64,000 nt of DNA from Octopus vulgaris (Eukaryota). The notes under the pieces are model-generated. The model was not told the origin of the DNA. It searched no databases and saw only the letters and a list, made by a program, of their open reading frames with translations. The DNA lies in the NCBI GenBank assembly GCA_951406725.2, contig OX597814.1, forward strand, positions 142,166,001-142,230,000, given 5' to 3'. The translations under genes were made by a program, and so were the position numbers. Of the stretch, positions 42,479 to 55,011 are shown piece after piece (the first letter of the stretch is position 1; every line of letters begins with the position of its first letter).

Positions 42479-42930
42479 GGCCACGAGTCGGATAGTGCTT
42501 TTTACGTACCACCAGACCAGGGATCCTGGCTGGTTCAATTCGATTTCGATTTCGCTTGCCCCAACATGTCTTCACAAGCAAAGGGGTTGGCAAGGGTGCC
42601 TGTCGTACGGTCGCATTGGAGTATTTTACGTGCCACGGCCACGAGTCGGATAGTGCTTTTTACGTACCATCAGACCAGGGATCCTGGCTGGTTCAATTCG
42701 ATTTCGATTTCGCTTGCCCCAACATGTCTTCACAAGCAAAGGGGGTTGGCATGGGTGCCTGTCGTACGGTCGCATTGGAGTATTTTACGTGCCACGGCCA
42801 CGAGTCGGATAGTGCTTTTTACGTACCACCAGGCCAGGGATCCTGGCTGGTTCAATTCGGTTTCGATTTCGATTTCGCTTGCCCCAACATGTCTTCGCAA
42901 GCATGGGGGGTTGGCATGGGTGTCTGTCGT
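42479..42930. repeat. ~158-159 bp tandem repeat (about 2.8 copies) in the RTE 3'UTR
   Basis: GGCCACGAGTCGGATAGTGCTTTTTACGTACCA recurs at 42479, 42637 and 42796, with near-identical downstream sequence. Confidence 0.9.
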
Positions 42931-43013
42931 CGGATGAGGTTCTATATCGACTTCGCTTGCCTCAACCGGTCTTTGTGTCCAAGGGAGGAAAGGCATTCAT
43001 AAGTGGGCTGGGC

Positions 43014-45985
43014 TCACTTGTCCTGCCTGGTCTTCTCACGTACAGAATATTTCCAAAGGTCTCGGTCTCTGGTCATTTCCTCAGTGAGGCCTAAAGTTCG
43101 AAGGTCGTGCTTCACCACCTCGTCCCAGGTTTTCCTGGGTCTACCTCTTCCACGGGTTCCCTCAACTGCTAGGGATTGGCACTTTCTCACACACCTATCT
43201 TCATCCATTCTCGCCACATGACCATACCAGCGCAATCGTCTCTCTTGCACACCACAACTGATGCTTCTTAGGTACAACATTTCTCTCAAGGTGCTAACGC
43301 TCTGTCGAGTATGTACACTGACATTACACATCCATCGGAGCATACTGGCTTCATTCCTCACGAGCTTACGCATGTCCTCAGCAGTCACGGCCCATGTTTC
43401 GCTGCCATGTAGCATGGCTGTTCGTACACACGCATCATACAGTCTGCCTTTTACTCTGAGCGAGAGGCCTTTAGTCACCAGCAGAGGTAAGAGCTCCCTA
43501 AACTTTGCCCAGGCTATTCTTATTCTAGCAGTTACACTTTCAGCGCACCCACCCCCACTACTGACTTGGTCACCTAGATAACGGAAGCTATCAACTACTT
43601 CTAGTTTTCCCCCTGGAAAGTGACGGAAGTTGTTTTCTGCAGATTTTCGGAGGTTAATGCTCCCGAGCATCTGCCACATACAAAAACTATCTTCCCAGTT
43701 AGCCTACCTTTGACATTGCTGCACCTCTTATGTGTCCATAGCTTACACTGGGTACATCTTATAGAGTTTCTACCTACACCTTTTCTACAGATCGAGCAGG
43801 GCCATCTTCCTGAAGATATTTGTGGATTGTCTACCTTTCTACTTATTAGTACTTTGGTTTTAGCTAGGTTGACTCTAAGGCCCCTTGATTCTAAACCCTC
43901 CTTCCACACCTGGAACTTCTCCTCCAGTTCTGATAGTGACTCAGCAATAAGAGCAAGGTCGTCAGCGTAGAGGAGCTCCCAGGGACAGCCTGTCTTGAAT
44001 TCCTCCGTAATTGCCTGGAGTACTATGATAAATAGGAGGGGGCTGAGTACTGAACCCTGGTGGACCCCAACCTCTACTTTGAATTCTTCTGTGTACATGT
44101 TGCCAACCCTAACCTTACTTACGGCATCTCTGTACATGGCTTGCACAGTCCTCACCAGCCATTCATCTATCCCTAGTTTCCTCATTGACCACCAGATAAG
44201 GGATCGGGGGACCCTATCAAAAGCTTTCTCCATGTCAACGAAAGCCAGGTACAGGGGCTTATCTTTGGCTAGGTATTTCTCCTGCAGCTGCCTTACCAGG
44301 AATATAGCATCAGTGGTACTTTTCCCTGGCACGAACCCAAACTGCATCTCATCTAAACTAACTCTCTCTCTAATTAGTTGGGCTATGACCCTCTCCGTAA
44401 CCTTCATTACTTGATCCAACAGCTTGATACCTCTGTAATTATTTGTATCTAGGGCATCACCTTTACCTTTGTAGCAGTTGACTAGTATGCTGCTGCACCA
44501 GTCATTGGGTATGACTCCTTCGTGTATCACCTGGTTGACTATACGGGTGACTAGGTTATAGCCGACACTGCCAGATATTTTGAGCATCTCTGCAGTAATT
44601 CCTGATGGGCCTGGGGCTTTCCCTGTCTTCATGCTTCTAATTGCCTTAGCTACCACGGAACTATCAACTCGGATAGCTGGTCCCTCTGTAGGGTCAACAT
44701 TCGGCAGACTCTCTTTATCCCATTCATTTTCCTCATTCAGTAACCTTTCATAGTGGCGTCTCCAAGCTTCTCTCTTTGCATCCTCATTTAGCGCAAGTGA
44801 ACCATCCTCCATGCGAACACATTTCTCTCCTACCACATCACGATTCTCTCTCACACACTGTCTTGCAACACGAAATACCTCAAGTCTTTCATCCTCACGG
44901 CGCAGGACATTGGCAAATTTTCTCTTATCTGCTTCCCCTCTGGCTAGATAGACCTGTCTCCTAGCTTCCCTTCTGGCAGTCTGATACCCTTCCCTGCTAC
45001 CACCGTTCTTCCAGGCCTTCCAAGCCTGTTTCTTTTGTCTAATAGCCCTGTCAACAATATTGTTCCACCACCACGTTATTTTGGGTCTTAAGGGGACTTT
45101 GCACCAGCCACAGATCTGGTCAGCGGCTTTCAGCAGGTTGTCCCTCAGAAACGTCCAGTTGTCTTCTACCCCATGTGTAGCTATACCCCCTTCCACTTCG
45201 TCGAAGGCTTCAAGTAACATATCTCTAAATCTCTGTCCATTCGCAGGGGCTTTAAGCTTCCAGACCCTTCTTCTCCATGTTGGTCGTCTTCTAGTCGCCC
45301 TCTTAGTCCTGATCCTAAAGTCACTAACTACCAGTCTATGTTGTGGGGTACATTCTTCGCCTGGGAAGGTTTTGGCATTTTTAAGCAGCCATCTTTCCCT
45401 TTTTCTGGCAAGGATGTAGTCGATTTGGCTAGTATGCCGGCCCGATCGGTAGGTGACCAGGTGGCTTGTTGGTTTCCTGAAGTTAGTGTTGCAGACCATA
45501 AAACTATTCGCATCGCAGAACTCCAGCAGCCTGGTTCCCTCCTCGTTGCGGGAACCATAACCGTAGCCTCCATGTACGCCATGGAAGCCCCCAGCATGTC
45601 GTCCAACATGCCCATTGAAATCACCAGCCACAAAGAGAAGGTCCCTGTCGTTCGTCGATGAGGTGGTCTGCAGTAGGGTGTCATAGAAACTGTCTTTCTG
45701 TCCATCGGGTAGCCCTGGCTGAGGGGCATAGGCCGATATAATGGTTGCTAATCTATTATGAAGCACTATTCTAATCTTAAGTATTCTGTCACTTACTCTG
45801 ATTACCTCAACTACTCTATCTATCCATTTCTCAGCGATAAGTATACCCACGCCACCAACCCCGTCAGTGTTCCCTGCCCAGAAAATCTTGTACCTGTGTT
45901 CCTTGCCTGTGAGGACCCTAGCAGATCCTCCTCTCCACCTTATTTCTTGCATACAACATACATCAACACGTCTCCGTTCAACCAT
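43014..45985 (-). CDS. RTE ORF (APE endonuclease + reverse transcriptase + PHD-like finger), split by one frameshift near 43605-43610
   Basis: ORF 43601-45985 has APE motifs MQEIRW, AYAPQ, AGDFNGHVG, SQIDYIL, QHRLV and RT motifs KAPGPSG, NYRGIKLL, QFGF, FVDMEKAFDRV, GVHQGSVLSPLLF, LLYADDL. ORF 43014-43679 continues with KLEVVDSFRYLG...RLRWYGHVARM...RGRGRPRKTW, the RTE C-terminus. The N-terminal APE motif is missing. Confidence 0.92.
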
Positions 45986-46812
45986 TTTACAGAGGTTACT
46001 GGTTGCTTTCTATCTGGTTACTGAATGGGAGTTTTTCACATGTCAACAGCACAGGTGCCTTTTATGTGGTGCTGGCACAGGTACTTTTAATGTGGCATAT
46101 GTGCTTTTCATGTGGCACCAGCAAGGTGGTTTTCATGTTGCACCAACACCAGTGGAGTGATCAAGTAATATGCAAAACAAAGACCTCTCAGTTGAGAGAA
46201 GGGAGCCGAACAAGTAAATTTCCTTCAACATTACAAAGGTACTATTACTGTATATGTAGCTGCATGGATAAGAAGTTCTCTTCCCAAACACATGATTACT
46301 GAATTGGTCCCACTACATGGCACCTTGGACAAATGTCTTCTATAGCCCAAGGTTGACTAAAGCCTTATTAGTGAATTTGGTAGACAGATACCAAAAGAAA
46401 CCTGTCATGTGTGTGTGTGTGAGTGAGTGTGTGAAAGGGAGAGTTAATTTTCCCTTGTTTTTACATGGTCATTCATTGCAAACAATGCCCTTGCCGATAG
46501 TGTTGGACAGTATTGTTTGCTTACTGTCTATTGTGGAAACACATCGAAACTTCTTGACGTGCGATCTTTGTGTAAAAAAAAAAAAAGACTCGTTCAAATA
46601 TTATTATTTGTTTCCAGTTCCCCGCGTAACAATAACTGGATTATTTGTTATTTAGCAAATGGGAAAAATTATTTCCTTATTCACAAATATGTAGAGGCTG
46701 GTGTTGTAAAGAGCATCAGGTTGTAGAAAACTCTGCCTCAACACAGACTTGCCTGACACATGCAAACATGGAAAAGTAGCAGTTAAAATGACGATGATTG
46801 TGCCTGAGATGC

Positions 46813-46872
<60 letters not shown>

Positions 46873-46949
46873 GTCATCCCATAAGTTCTGTCCAAATTTT
46901 GAATAAAGAAAACAAGTGATCAAATGTTATATTTAATTGAAATTGAATC

Positions 46950-48121
46950 ATCAATGTATTTTCCCTGTTTATTTATGACTTCCTTCCATCTATTTTCAAA
47001 CTTTTTAATCCCATCAATATGAAACTCTTTTCGTTTGAAAGTGAAGAACTCTGAAATGTCAGTTTTGACCTCCTCCCAGCTTGCAAAAGTTATGTCCTCC
47101 AACTGATTCTGTAAACTACAAAACAACTGGTAGTCTGAAGGAGCAAGGTGGGGAGAATAACGTAGATGAGGAATTTTTCCCAACCAAGCTCTTCGATCTT
47201 CTGTGATTTGATCTTTGCAGTGTGGGGTTACACATTGTCCTGATAAAACATCATTCCTTTTCGATTCACTAAAGCGGGTCTTTTTTTCTTCAAAGCTTGG
47301 TTCAAACGCTCTAATTGCTGACAGTAGACTTGAGCATTGATTGTTGCATTAGGTGGTAACAATTCAAAGTGAATTACTCCTTTGCAATCCCACCAGATAG
47401 AGAGAAGAACCTTTTTTCCATTAAGTTCCCTTCTCGGTTGTGGTTGAGCTTTTTCCCTTTTACCAAGCCACTGTTTACGACATTTAACATTTCGATAGAA
47501 GATCCATTTTTCATCACCAGTCACAAGACTATCCAAAAAGGGTAAAATGAGTTCACAAGAATGGAGAGAAGAGCAGATGTCAACTCGGGATTTGCGGTTG
47601 CTTTTGGAAAATTCATGAGGTACCCATTTTCCAAGTTTAGGAACCTTTGCAAGTTGTTGAAGATGATGAACAGTTGTATGATTTGAACTAAGCTTTATTG
47701 CCAAGTCTTCAACTGATAATACAGGATTTTCTTCAAGTAATGCCTCAAGGAGCTTATCAAACTCAACTGGACATCCTGTTCAATCTTCATCTTCAAGGCT
47801 GAAATCTCGACTTCTGAATTTTGCAAACCATCTTCTGCAAGTTCTTTGCCATAAACTGAGTGTATGTTTCGAGTCACTTTAGCTGCAGAGTTTCCTTTTT
47901 TTCACACATAAAGCATTCATCATCATCATCATCATCATCATTTAGCGTCCGTTTTCCAAATGATGATGATGATGATGATGATGAATGCTTTATGTGTGAA
48001 AAAAGGAAACTCTGCAGCTAAAGTGACTCGAAACATACACTCAGTTTATGGCAAAGAACTTGCAGAAGATGGTTTGCAAAATTCAGAAGTCGGTGCTTTT
48101 AAATGCTCTTTGGATACTTTC
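46950..48121 (-). pseudogene. Mariner transposase pseudogene
   Basis: Motifs KVSKEHLK, KKGNSAAK, KWVPHE, LVTGDEKW, LLSIWWD, YQDN, YSPHLAPSDY and GIKKFENRW...GKYID are spread over several frames by frameshifts and the inserted palindrome. Confidence 0.9.
47808..48092. repeat. Near-perfect inverted duplication (~135-bp arms, 14-nt loop) inside the mariner
   Basis: 47808-47943 is the reverse complement of 47958-48092. The loop AGCGTCCGTTTTCC plus (CAT)n matches the RTE 3' terminus. Confidence 0.93.
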
Positions 48122-48332
48122 GTGTTAGAAAGGGTTTTAATCAAAGAAATTTTAATTCTATTATTCTATAAAATAATATTCAATTAGTTTAAATGTACAC
48201 AAATGCATAAAAATAATTTTTAATTCCATTAGACATTTTAAAATACTATTAAATTTCATTCAATTTTAAAAAAGGTAAAATCGGACAGAACTTATGGGAT
48301 GACCTCATATTACAATATCACAAAGAAACTAT

Positions 48333-48371
<39 letters not shown>

Positions 48372-48395
48372 TATATATACATGTGTGTATATATA

Positions 48396-48446
<51 letters not shown>

Positions 48447-49799
48447 CAATGACACTATCTTATATATATATATGTATTCATACACATCACAAGCAAGGAC
48501 ACAATCTCTTTCTATATAATATCACAGAGACACTATTATTACACACACAAGTAAATTCTCCTGCCTCTTGAGCCAACAAAGGAGTCTTCTCTATGTTAAT
48601 AGCTCTCAAATCACACCTTCAAAAAGAGAATCAACTAATTGCATTATGAGATATATTATACTCCAGACTTGAAAACAAACAAAATCAAAATAGAAAAAAA
48701 AAAGAAAAGAAAAAGACAAGAACAAAGGAAAAAGATTTGATGATCATTGCTGAAATGCTTTTGATCATAGATTTCTGTTCAATCAGTGCAAACAAACAAC
48801 AACGATCTTGTATGTCACCCTCTCTAATTAAAGGAGAAGTAAAAGTACCCATGACTTTTTGGAAGCTATCCCAAACTTTGGAAAAATTAGTGGTTATTTT
48901 TTTTCTTTTCCCTTCTTTTTTATATCTTAATAATTATTTTGTTTCTTTAATCTAAGTTCTCCAAGTTACAGTATGTGCCTTGCTGGCCTTAGAAATCTTA
49001 ATAATATGGTGTTTCTTTAATGAAAGATGTTAACCCTATTCCTATGAAAGTCAGATATATCCACTCAAAATTTCATTACTATTTATCTGTGAAAAGCAGT
49101 CTTATATACCGATCCATCTTTTGCTGAGGAATGTCATGTTTGGAACATATATTTTTGTCGAGATATGTTTAGTTTATTGAGGCAACAAGACTATCAACTA
49201 GCAGAAAATAACAATTTTGGTAGATGTTTAACCTCATTACTGGAAAAATCATGAAATTCAATTTTGCAATTAAAGGGTTAAAATTATGCTTTAAAAAACA
49301 AAAAAAAACATATTTCCAATGTCTCTACTTTAGTATGAATAATCAGGACTTGAATCATCGTATTTTGTTTATTTTGTCATAAATTTGAAGGGAAATTATA
49401 ATCAGGACTTAGAAGACACACTCTATCTGATGTTGACTAAATGTCTTGTTTTGATAATCAATATGAATTTTGTTAATAATTTCCTTCCTCATAAAAATTT
49501 TTAATTTCATTTTAAGAAATTAAAAAAAAAAAAATAAGTGTAATAATAATTTTGATTCAAAGGATTTTGCAAATATATTTCAATTTACCATGAATAATTA
49601 AATTCCATTTTCAAAAGAAACTTTGATTTTATGAAAAGACAAATGAACAGACATTTCTGTACATACACACACTATATACAGAGAGTGAGAGAGAAAAATG
49701 AATCACATTTTCATGCACATAGATAGATACGTAGGTTGGTAAGTAGATTTGTTGAGCTGAACAGCCATCTATCATTTTTCAGCATATATGTATATATAT

Positions 49800-50298
49800 A
49801 TTTCGTTTTTGGATTTGGTTTGCAAAATTTTTTATATGAGTTCGTGTGTTGTGTCTGGGAAGAGTTCTGTTGTGTCTGGGAAGAGTCATTTTCTTTTTGT
49901 GCCTTATAATATAACACACTCACCAGTAAAATTTCCACTTATTTCTTATTTTTATTTTCCTAAAATTTTCGTTGTGTCTTGCAACCTTTTCAATAGTCTT
50001 GACTCTGTCCGTTATTTACACTGCGTTCCCTTTTGTTTGTTTGTGCACATGTGTGTGGGTCAGTGTGTGTGTATGTATACATACACACATACATACGTAC
50101 ATGCATACATAGGCACACACACTGACCCACACACATGCGCACAAACAAACAAAAAGGAATGTAGTGTAAATAACGGACAGAGTCAAAACTATTGAAAAGG
50201 TTGCAAGACGCAACGAAAATTTTAGGAAAATAAAAGTAAGAAATAAGTGGAAATTTTACTGGTGAGTGTGTCACATTATAAGGCACAAAAAGAAAATG
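49800..50298. repeat. Fold-back element, ~185-bp arms (49887-50071 / 50113-50298), microsatellite loop; Penelope-like terminal-repeat candidate
   Basis: The arms are ~95% reverse-complementary by eye and flanked by (TA)n. The same family occurs at 58209-58466. Confidence 0.85.
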
Positions 50299-50333
<35 letters not shown>

Positions 50334-50415
50334 GCATACATACATTATAAGGCATAAAAAGAAAATGTATATATATGTATGTATGTATGAGTATATATAT
50401 GTACATATAAATATA

Positions 50416-50550
50416 TATGACCGAGACCTTTGGAAATATGCTGTGCTTGAGAAGACCCAGCAAGCCAAGTGAGACCATAACCATGGCCTATACCAGGGGT
50501 GTAACCAGCCCACTTATGTGTACCTTTCCTTCATTGGACACTAAACTCTC
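50416..50550 (+). mobile_element. Short RTE fragment (ORF end plus start of 3'UTR)
   Basis: DRDLWKYAVLEKTQQAK* matches DRDLWKYSVREKTRQDK* of the 43014 ORF. Confidence 0.8.
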
Positions 50551-50603
50551 CTGTGTGGATTTGGTAGACAGAAACTGAAAGAATTCTCTCATATGTATGT
50601 ATG

Positions 50604-50637
<34 letters not shown>

Positions 50638-50691
50638 TATATATAAATAATATATAAATATATGCATACCTATATGTATAAAATAGTGTAT

Positions 50692-50910
50692 ATTCAAACA
50701 CAAGAGAAACTACCTTTAACAGGCAGCTTTACATGCTAGAAGAAGCAGTCAAAACGCCCAAAACCACATTTAAGAGAAATTTCGAAGATAATGAAAAATA
50801 TAAACTTTTACCTTGTTATTTTCTTATGGTCATATCTAGATTTTGAATTTTGACTACTCCTTCTAGCATGTAAGGCTGCCTGTTAAAGGTAGTTTCTCTT
50901 GCGTTTAAAT
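50692..50910. repeat. Inverted repeat, ~60-bp arms
   Basis: CAAGAGAAACTACCTTTAACAGGCAGCTTTACATGCTAGAAG / CTTCTAGCATGTAAGGCTGCCTGTTAAAGGTAGTTTCTCTTG. Confidence 0.85.
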
Positions 50911-51611
50911 GTTAAAAGTTTTAGTTTTTACACAACTAGACTCAACACTACCTAAGCATGTTTTTATATATCATCTTTCATAATCATTTTATGAATATCT
51001 AAATGAGTTATGTGACACAGATTCCATATAGTCTCCTGTAACAACATAATATTCTTCTGATACTACCTTTCTGATGTATTCTTCTTTTCTGCACTGAGGA
51101 GAATGGTAATATGTAATTAAATTTTTTTCCATGTTTCATACATGTTGGTGTTACCATTTGAAACGATCGTATGCATGGATTAAAATGTTATAAAACTTTT
51201 AAAATCTTCTCTTCTCCATCTTTGTTTGTAGAATTTATATAGGATATGTGTTCTATAAATGCTCATAACACACCTTATTCTCATATATAAACACACACAT
51301 CTACATGTGTGTGTATGTATCTGTGTTTGTTCCTCCCCCCCATCACTATTTGAAACCAAGTGTTGGTGTGTTTGCGTCCCTGTAACTTAGCAGTTTGGCA
51401 AAAGAGACTGATAGAATAAGTACTAGGAGGCTTGAGAAATAAGTACTGGGATTCATTTGTTTGACTAAAACCCCTTCAAGGCAGTGCTCCAGCATGGCCA
51501 CAGTAAAATGACAGAAACAAGAGAATAAAAGAATATATTTATATTATATATGTTTTGAGAGACAAATAAGTAAATGGTTATATCAATATTTCTCTCTTCT
51601 GCCTAAAAAAG

Positions 51612-51922
51612 GGTAAAGACTCCCTTCGGTCATGAATGACCATAGTATTGCACGTAGAAAGTTAGCCTCCGAGGCACAAGTTCAGGCAAGGTTGTTTATG
51701 GAAGACCAGCAGTCACCCACACATACCAGTCCCCACCTCTTTCCAAGGGAAAGGCTGATACAACTTGACACTAGTGATGTCGCAACTCATTTCTACAGCT
51801 GAGTGAACTGGAGAAACATGAAATAAAATGTCCTGCACAAGAACGCAACACAAGCCCAGTCCAGGAATTGAACTCACTACCTCATTATTGTGAGCCTGGT
51901 GCTCTAGCCACCAAGCCATGCC
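51612..51922 (-). mobile_element. SINE family C
   Basis: Reverse complement of the element at 33794. Related pieces at ~29690-29895 and 61270-61385. Confidence 0.8.
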
Positions 51923-52077
51923 CTTTCACCTCTTTACCCTTCACCCTCTTCTACCTAACACTATGATTTAACAATACTGGGTACTTACTCATATCATGAA
52001 TAAGAAACAATTCTCAACCGCAATTTTAAATTAAGCTAGCAACATCATCAGAACAGTATATATGTATTTTATACATA

Positions 52078-52473
52078 GGCACAGGAGTGGCTGTGTGGTA
52101 AGTAGCTTGCTTACCAACCACTCTGGGTTCAGTCCCACTGCATGACACCTTGGGCAAGTGTCTTCTGCTATAGCCTCGGGCTGACCAAAGCCTTGTGAGT
52201 GGATTTGGTAGACGAAAGCTGAAAGAAGCCCGTCGTGTATATATGTGTGTGTGTGTGTGTGTGTGTCTGTGTTTGTCCTTCCCAGCATCGCTTGACAACT
52301 GATGTTGGTGTGTTCACAACCCTGCAATCTAGCGGTTCGGCAAAAGAGACTGATAGAATAAGTACTAGGCTTACAAAGAATAAGGTCTGGGGCCGATTTG
52401 TTCGACTAAAGGCGGTGCTCCAGCATGGCCGCAGTCAAATGACTGAAACAAGTAAAAGGATAAAAGAAAAGAA
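52078..52473 (+). mobile_element. SINE family A, young copy
   Basis: Complete, with many CpGs retained. Confidence 0.88.
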
Positions 52474-54199
52474 TATATTTACTGCTCCTTTTTTTTCTTT
52501 TCTTTAAATTTTATTTCAAATTTCAAAATAAACAAACAAACACTAGACTACGTTTTCATAAATTTATTTTAGATGTAAATTGAAACTTAAAACTGAATCA
52601 AAACATTATTAAAAACTAATAGAAATATGTTTGCTATACGACCACTCCCTGTTATATGTAATCAGAGAAAAATAGTTGACCTAATATTTATTAACTGAAA
52701 AGAATATCTTTCTCAGCTTATGTACTTGGTATTGTATGTATTTTGCACTGTTGGCTATATTATTGTAGCTACTAATATCAACAGTATATTGTGTTATTAT
52801 ATAACTATGTTCGCATATGTGTTGTGAGTTTTTGTGACTAGATTTTTGATGCATTTCTTTTGCTATTTACTGCATTAGACTCTTCATAAAACCATAAAGT
52901 ACCTAGCATATGGCATGATAAATAAAGCTGAGCTGTTGTACTTAATATCTCGATAACATATAAAAATACCAAAACTGTATATTGCATAGTAATCATTAAT
53001 AAAGGGAAAAAAAATTAAATTTGAATTTTCTTGCTTCTGTGACTTGAGATATCAGAGCAATCAAACAAACAAACAGAATAGAAACAGAGGCACCCAATAT
53101 TTTAACTGTTAGATATATTAGTTGGAGGAATTGTGGTGTTGATTGTTGGTGCAAAAATGAAATGAATAAATAAGAATATTAAAACAAACAAAGTAATTTG
53201 ATCTTGATTCATTTTTGAATTTCAATTTCTGAAATTTATTTCAATTAATTTTTTTATTAATCATCTCTTGATTTCAGTTTGTAAAAATATGAAAAACTAA
53301 TGAAAAATAAATAAAGAATGGAAAAGAAAGTGAAAACAAATTTGAGAAGAATAAAAAAAAAAAGACAATCTTAACACATAATGGACAATTGTAACCTCAA
53401 CAATCCACTTTGGAACATAATAATTGGATATATAACATTTAAAGAAGCGCTAATTAAGAATAACAGCTTTGGATTTTTATAAAGTCATAGAAGAGGAAAA
53501 ATAATTGTGTGAGAAATAAACATCTTCAAGTCAAAAGCATTTATAAAAACAATGTTCTATCTATGATGTTTTCAGAAAATAGTGGTTTATTTTTCCACCT
53601 GAGTTACCTCATTAATTTTAATGTTAGTAAATAGAGAAAGTTTGAAATAAGAGCTTGAAGTATAGAAATATTGCATTACTGGAGTAAATTTCTAGTTACA
53701 ACATTTATAAAGTCATCAACACCGACCAGCATATCTTCCAAAATATTTGATCCTTGAACGAACTACACACAATACAGCAGAGATAATTAAAGTAATTCAG
53801 GTGGAAAAATCAGCAAACTGTTACATTTTCTGAGGATATAAATTGAAATGAAGTCTTTTGTTATGTATTATACATATTTTTAGACAAAAGCTTTTCCATT
53901 ATTGAGAAGTTTTAGCACAGAAGTTCAACAGGCTAATCAGATGTTTATTGAATTGACAAGAATGAGAATTGCAAAAAGTGTTAGTGTAATCAGCATTTGA
54001 AAGCTTACATTCTATTCACAGTTCTAGTTATAAGCTTCCTGAATTGTGTTCCAAGCATGGCTGTGTAGTTAAGAAATTCACTTCCAAACCACAGGTTCTG
54101 GGTTCCGTCCTACTGCTAGGTACTTTTATGTAGCGTCTTCATTTGTTGCACCAGGCCAACCAGTGCCTTCGAAGTTACTGATGGAAACCGTACAGAGAC

Positions 54200-54230
<31 letters not shown>

Positions 54231-54234
54231 CTCT

Positions 54235-54423
54235 TTTTTACTTACTTATTTCAGTCATTTGACTGTGGCCATACTGGAGCACTGCCTTTAGTCGAACAAA
54301 TTGACCCCAGGACTTATTTTTTGGAAGCCTAACCGCTAAGTTACGGGGACGTAAACACACCAGCATCGGTTGTCAAGTGATGTTGGGGGGGACAAACACA
54401 GACACACAAACATATACACACAC

Positions 54424-54456
<33 letters not shown>

Positions 54457-54962
54457 CATATATATGACAGGCTTCTTTCAGTTTCCGTCTACCATATCTA
54501 CTCACAAGGCTTTGGACACTTGCCCAAGGTGCCACGCAGGACTGAACCCGGAACTGTGTGGTTTGTAAGCAAGCTACTTACCACACAGCCACTCAGTACC
54601 TGTTTCAGTCATTGGGGCACTGCCTTGAAGGGCTTTAGTCAAACAAATTAACCCCCAGAACTTATTTTTTTAAACCTGGTACTTTTTCTATTGCTGACTG
54701 CTTAGTTATGAGGACAAACAAACCAACACCAGTTGTCAAATTGTGGTGTGGGTCAAACACATACACAAAGACACCCATAGATATTGTACATAGATACAAA
54801 CATGACAGGCTTCTTTCAGTTTCTGTTTACCAAATCTGCTCACAAGGCTTTGGCTGGCTTGAGGCTGTAGTAGAAGACATACCCAAGGTATCACAGAGTG
54901 GGTCGGAACTCAGAACCATGTGGTTGGAAAGCAAACTACTTACCACAGACCTCCCACCTGTG
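54235..54962 (-). mobile_element. Two adjacent SINE family A copies
   Basis: Reverse-complement matches at 54235-54595 and 54600-54962. Confidence 0.8.
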
Positions 54963-55011
54963 CCTCTGTGTGTATGTATGTGTGTGCAGATATATATATA
55001 TATATATATAT

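Larger units (their letters stand above)
42191..45985 (-). mobile_element. RTE-clade non-LTR retrotransposon (LINE), near full length, slightly 5'-truncated
   Basis: Minus-strand ORFs carry APE endonuclease and RT motifs. A ~820-bp 3'UTR ends in the palindrome CCATGCTAGCATGG followed by a (GAT)n tail at 42191-42211. CpGs are retained, suggesting a young copy. No TSD seen. Confidence 0.95.
46869..48307 (-). mobile_element. Mariner (Tc1/mariner, DD34D type) DNA transposon, full length, decayed
   Basis: TIRs are TCAGGTCATCCCATAAGTTCTGTCC (46869) and GGACAGAACTTATGGGATGACCTCA (ends 48307), with TA on both flanks. Transposase motifs lie between them. Confidence 0.95.

Noticed and set aside
43595-43625. 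Programmed ribosomal frameshift in the RTE ORF
   Set aside because: RTE elements encode this region as one ORF; a 1-nt homopolymer deletion (mutation or sequencing error) is the simpler explanation.
43261-45729. Antisense and alternate-frame ORFs overlapping the LINE
   Set aside because: They are shadows of the RT/APE coding strand with no recognisable motifs.
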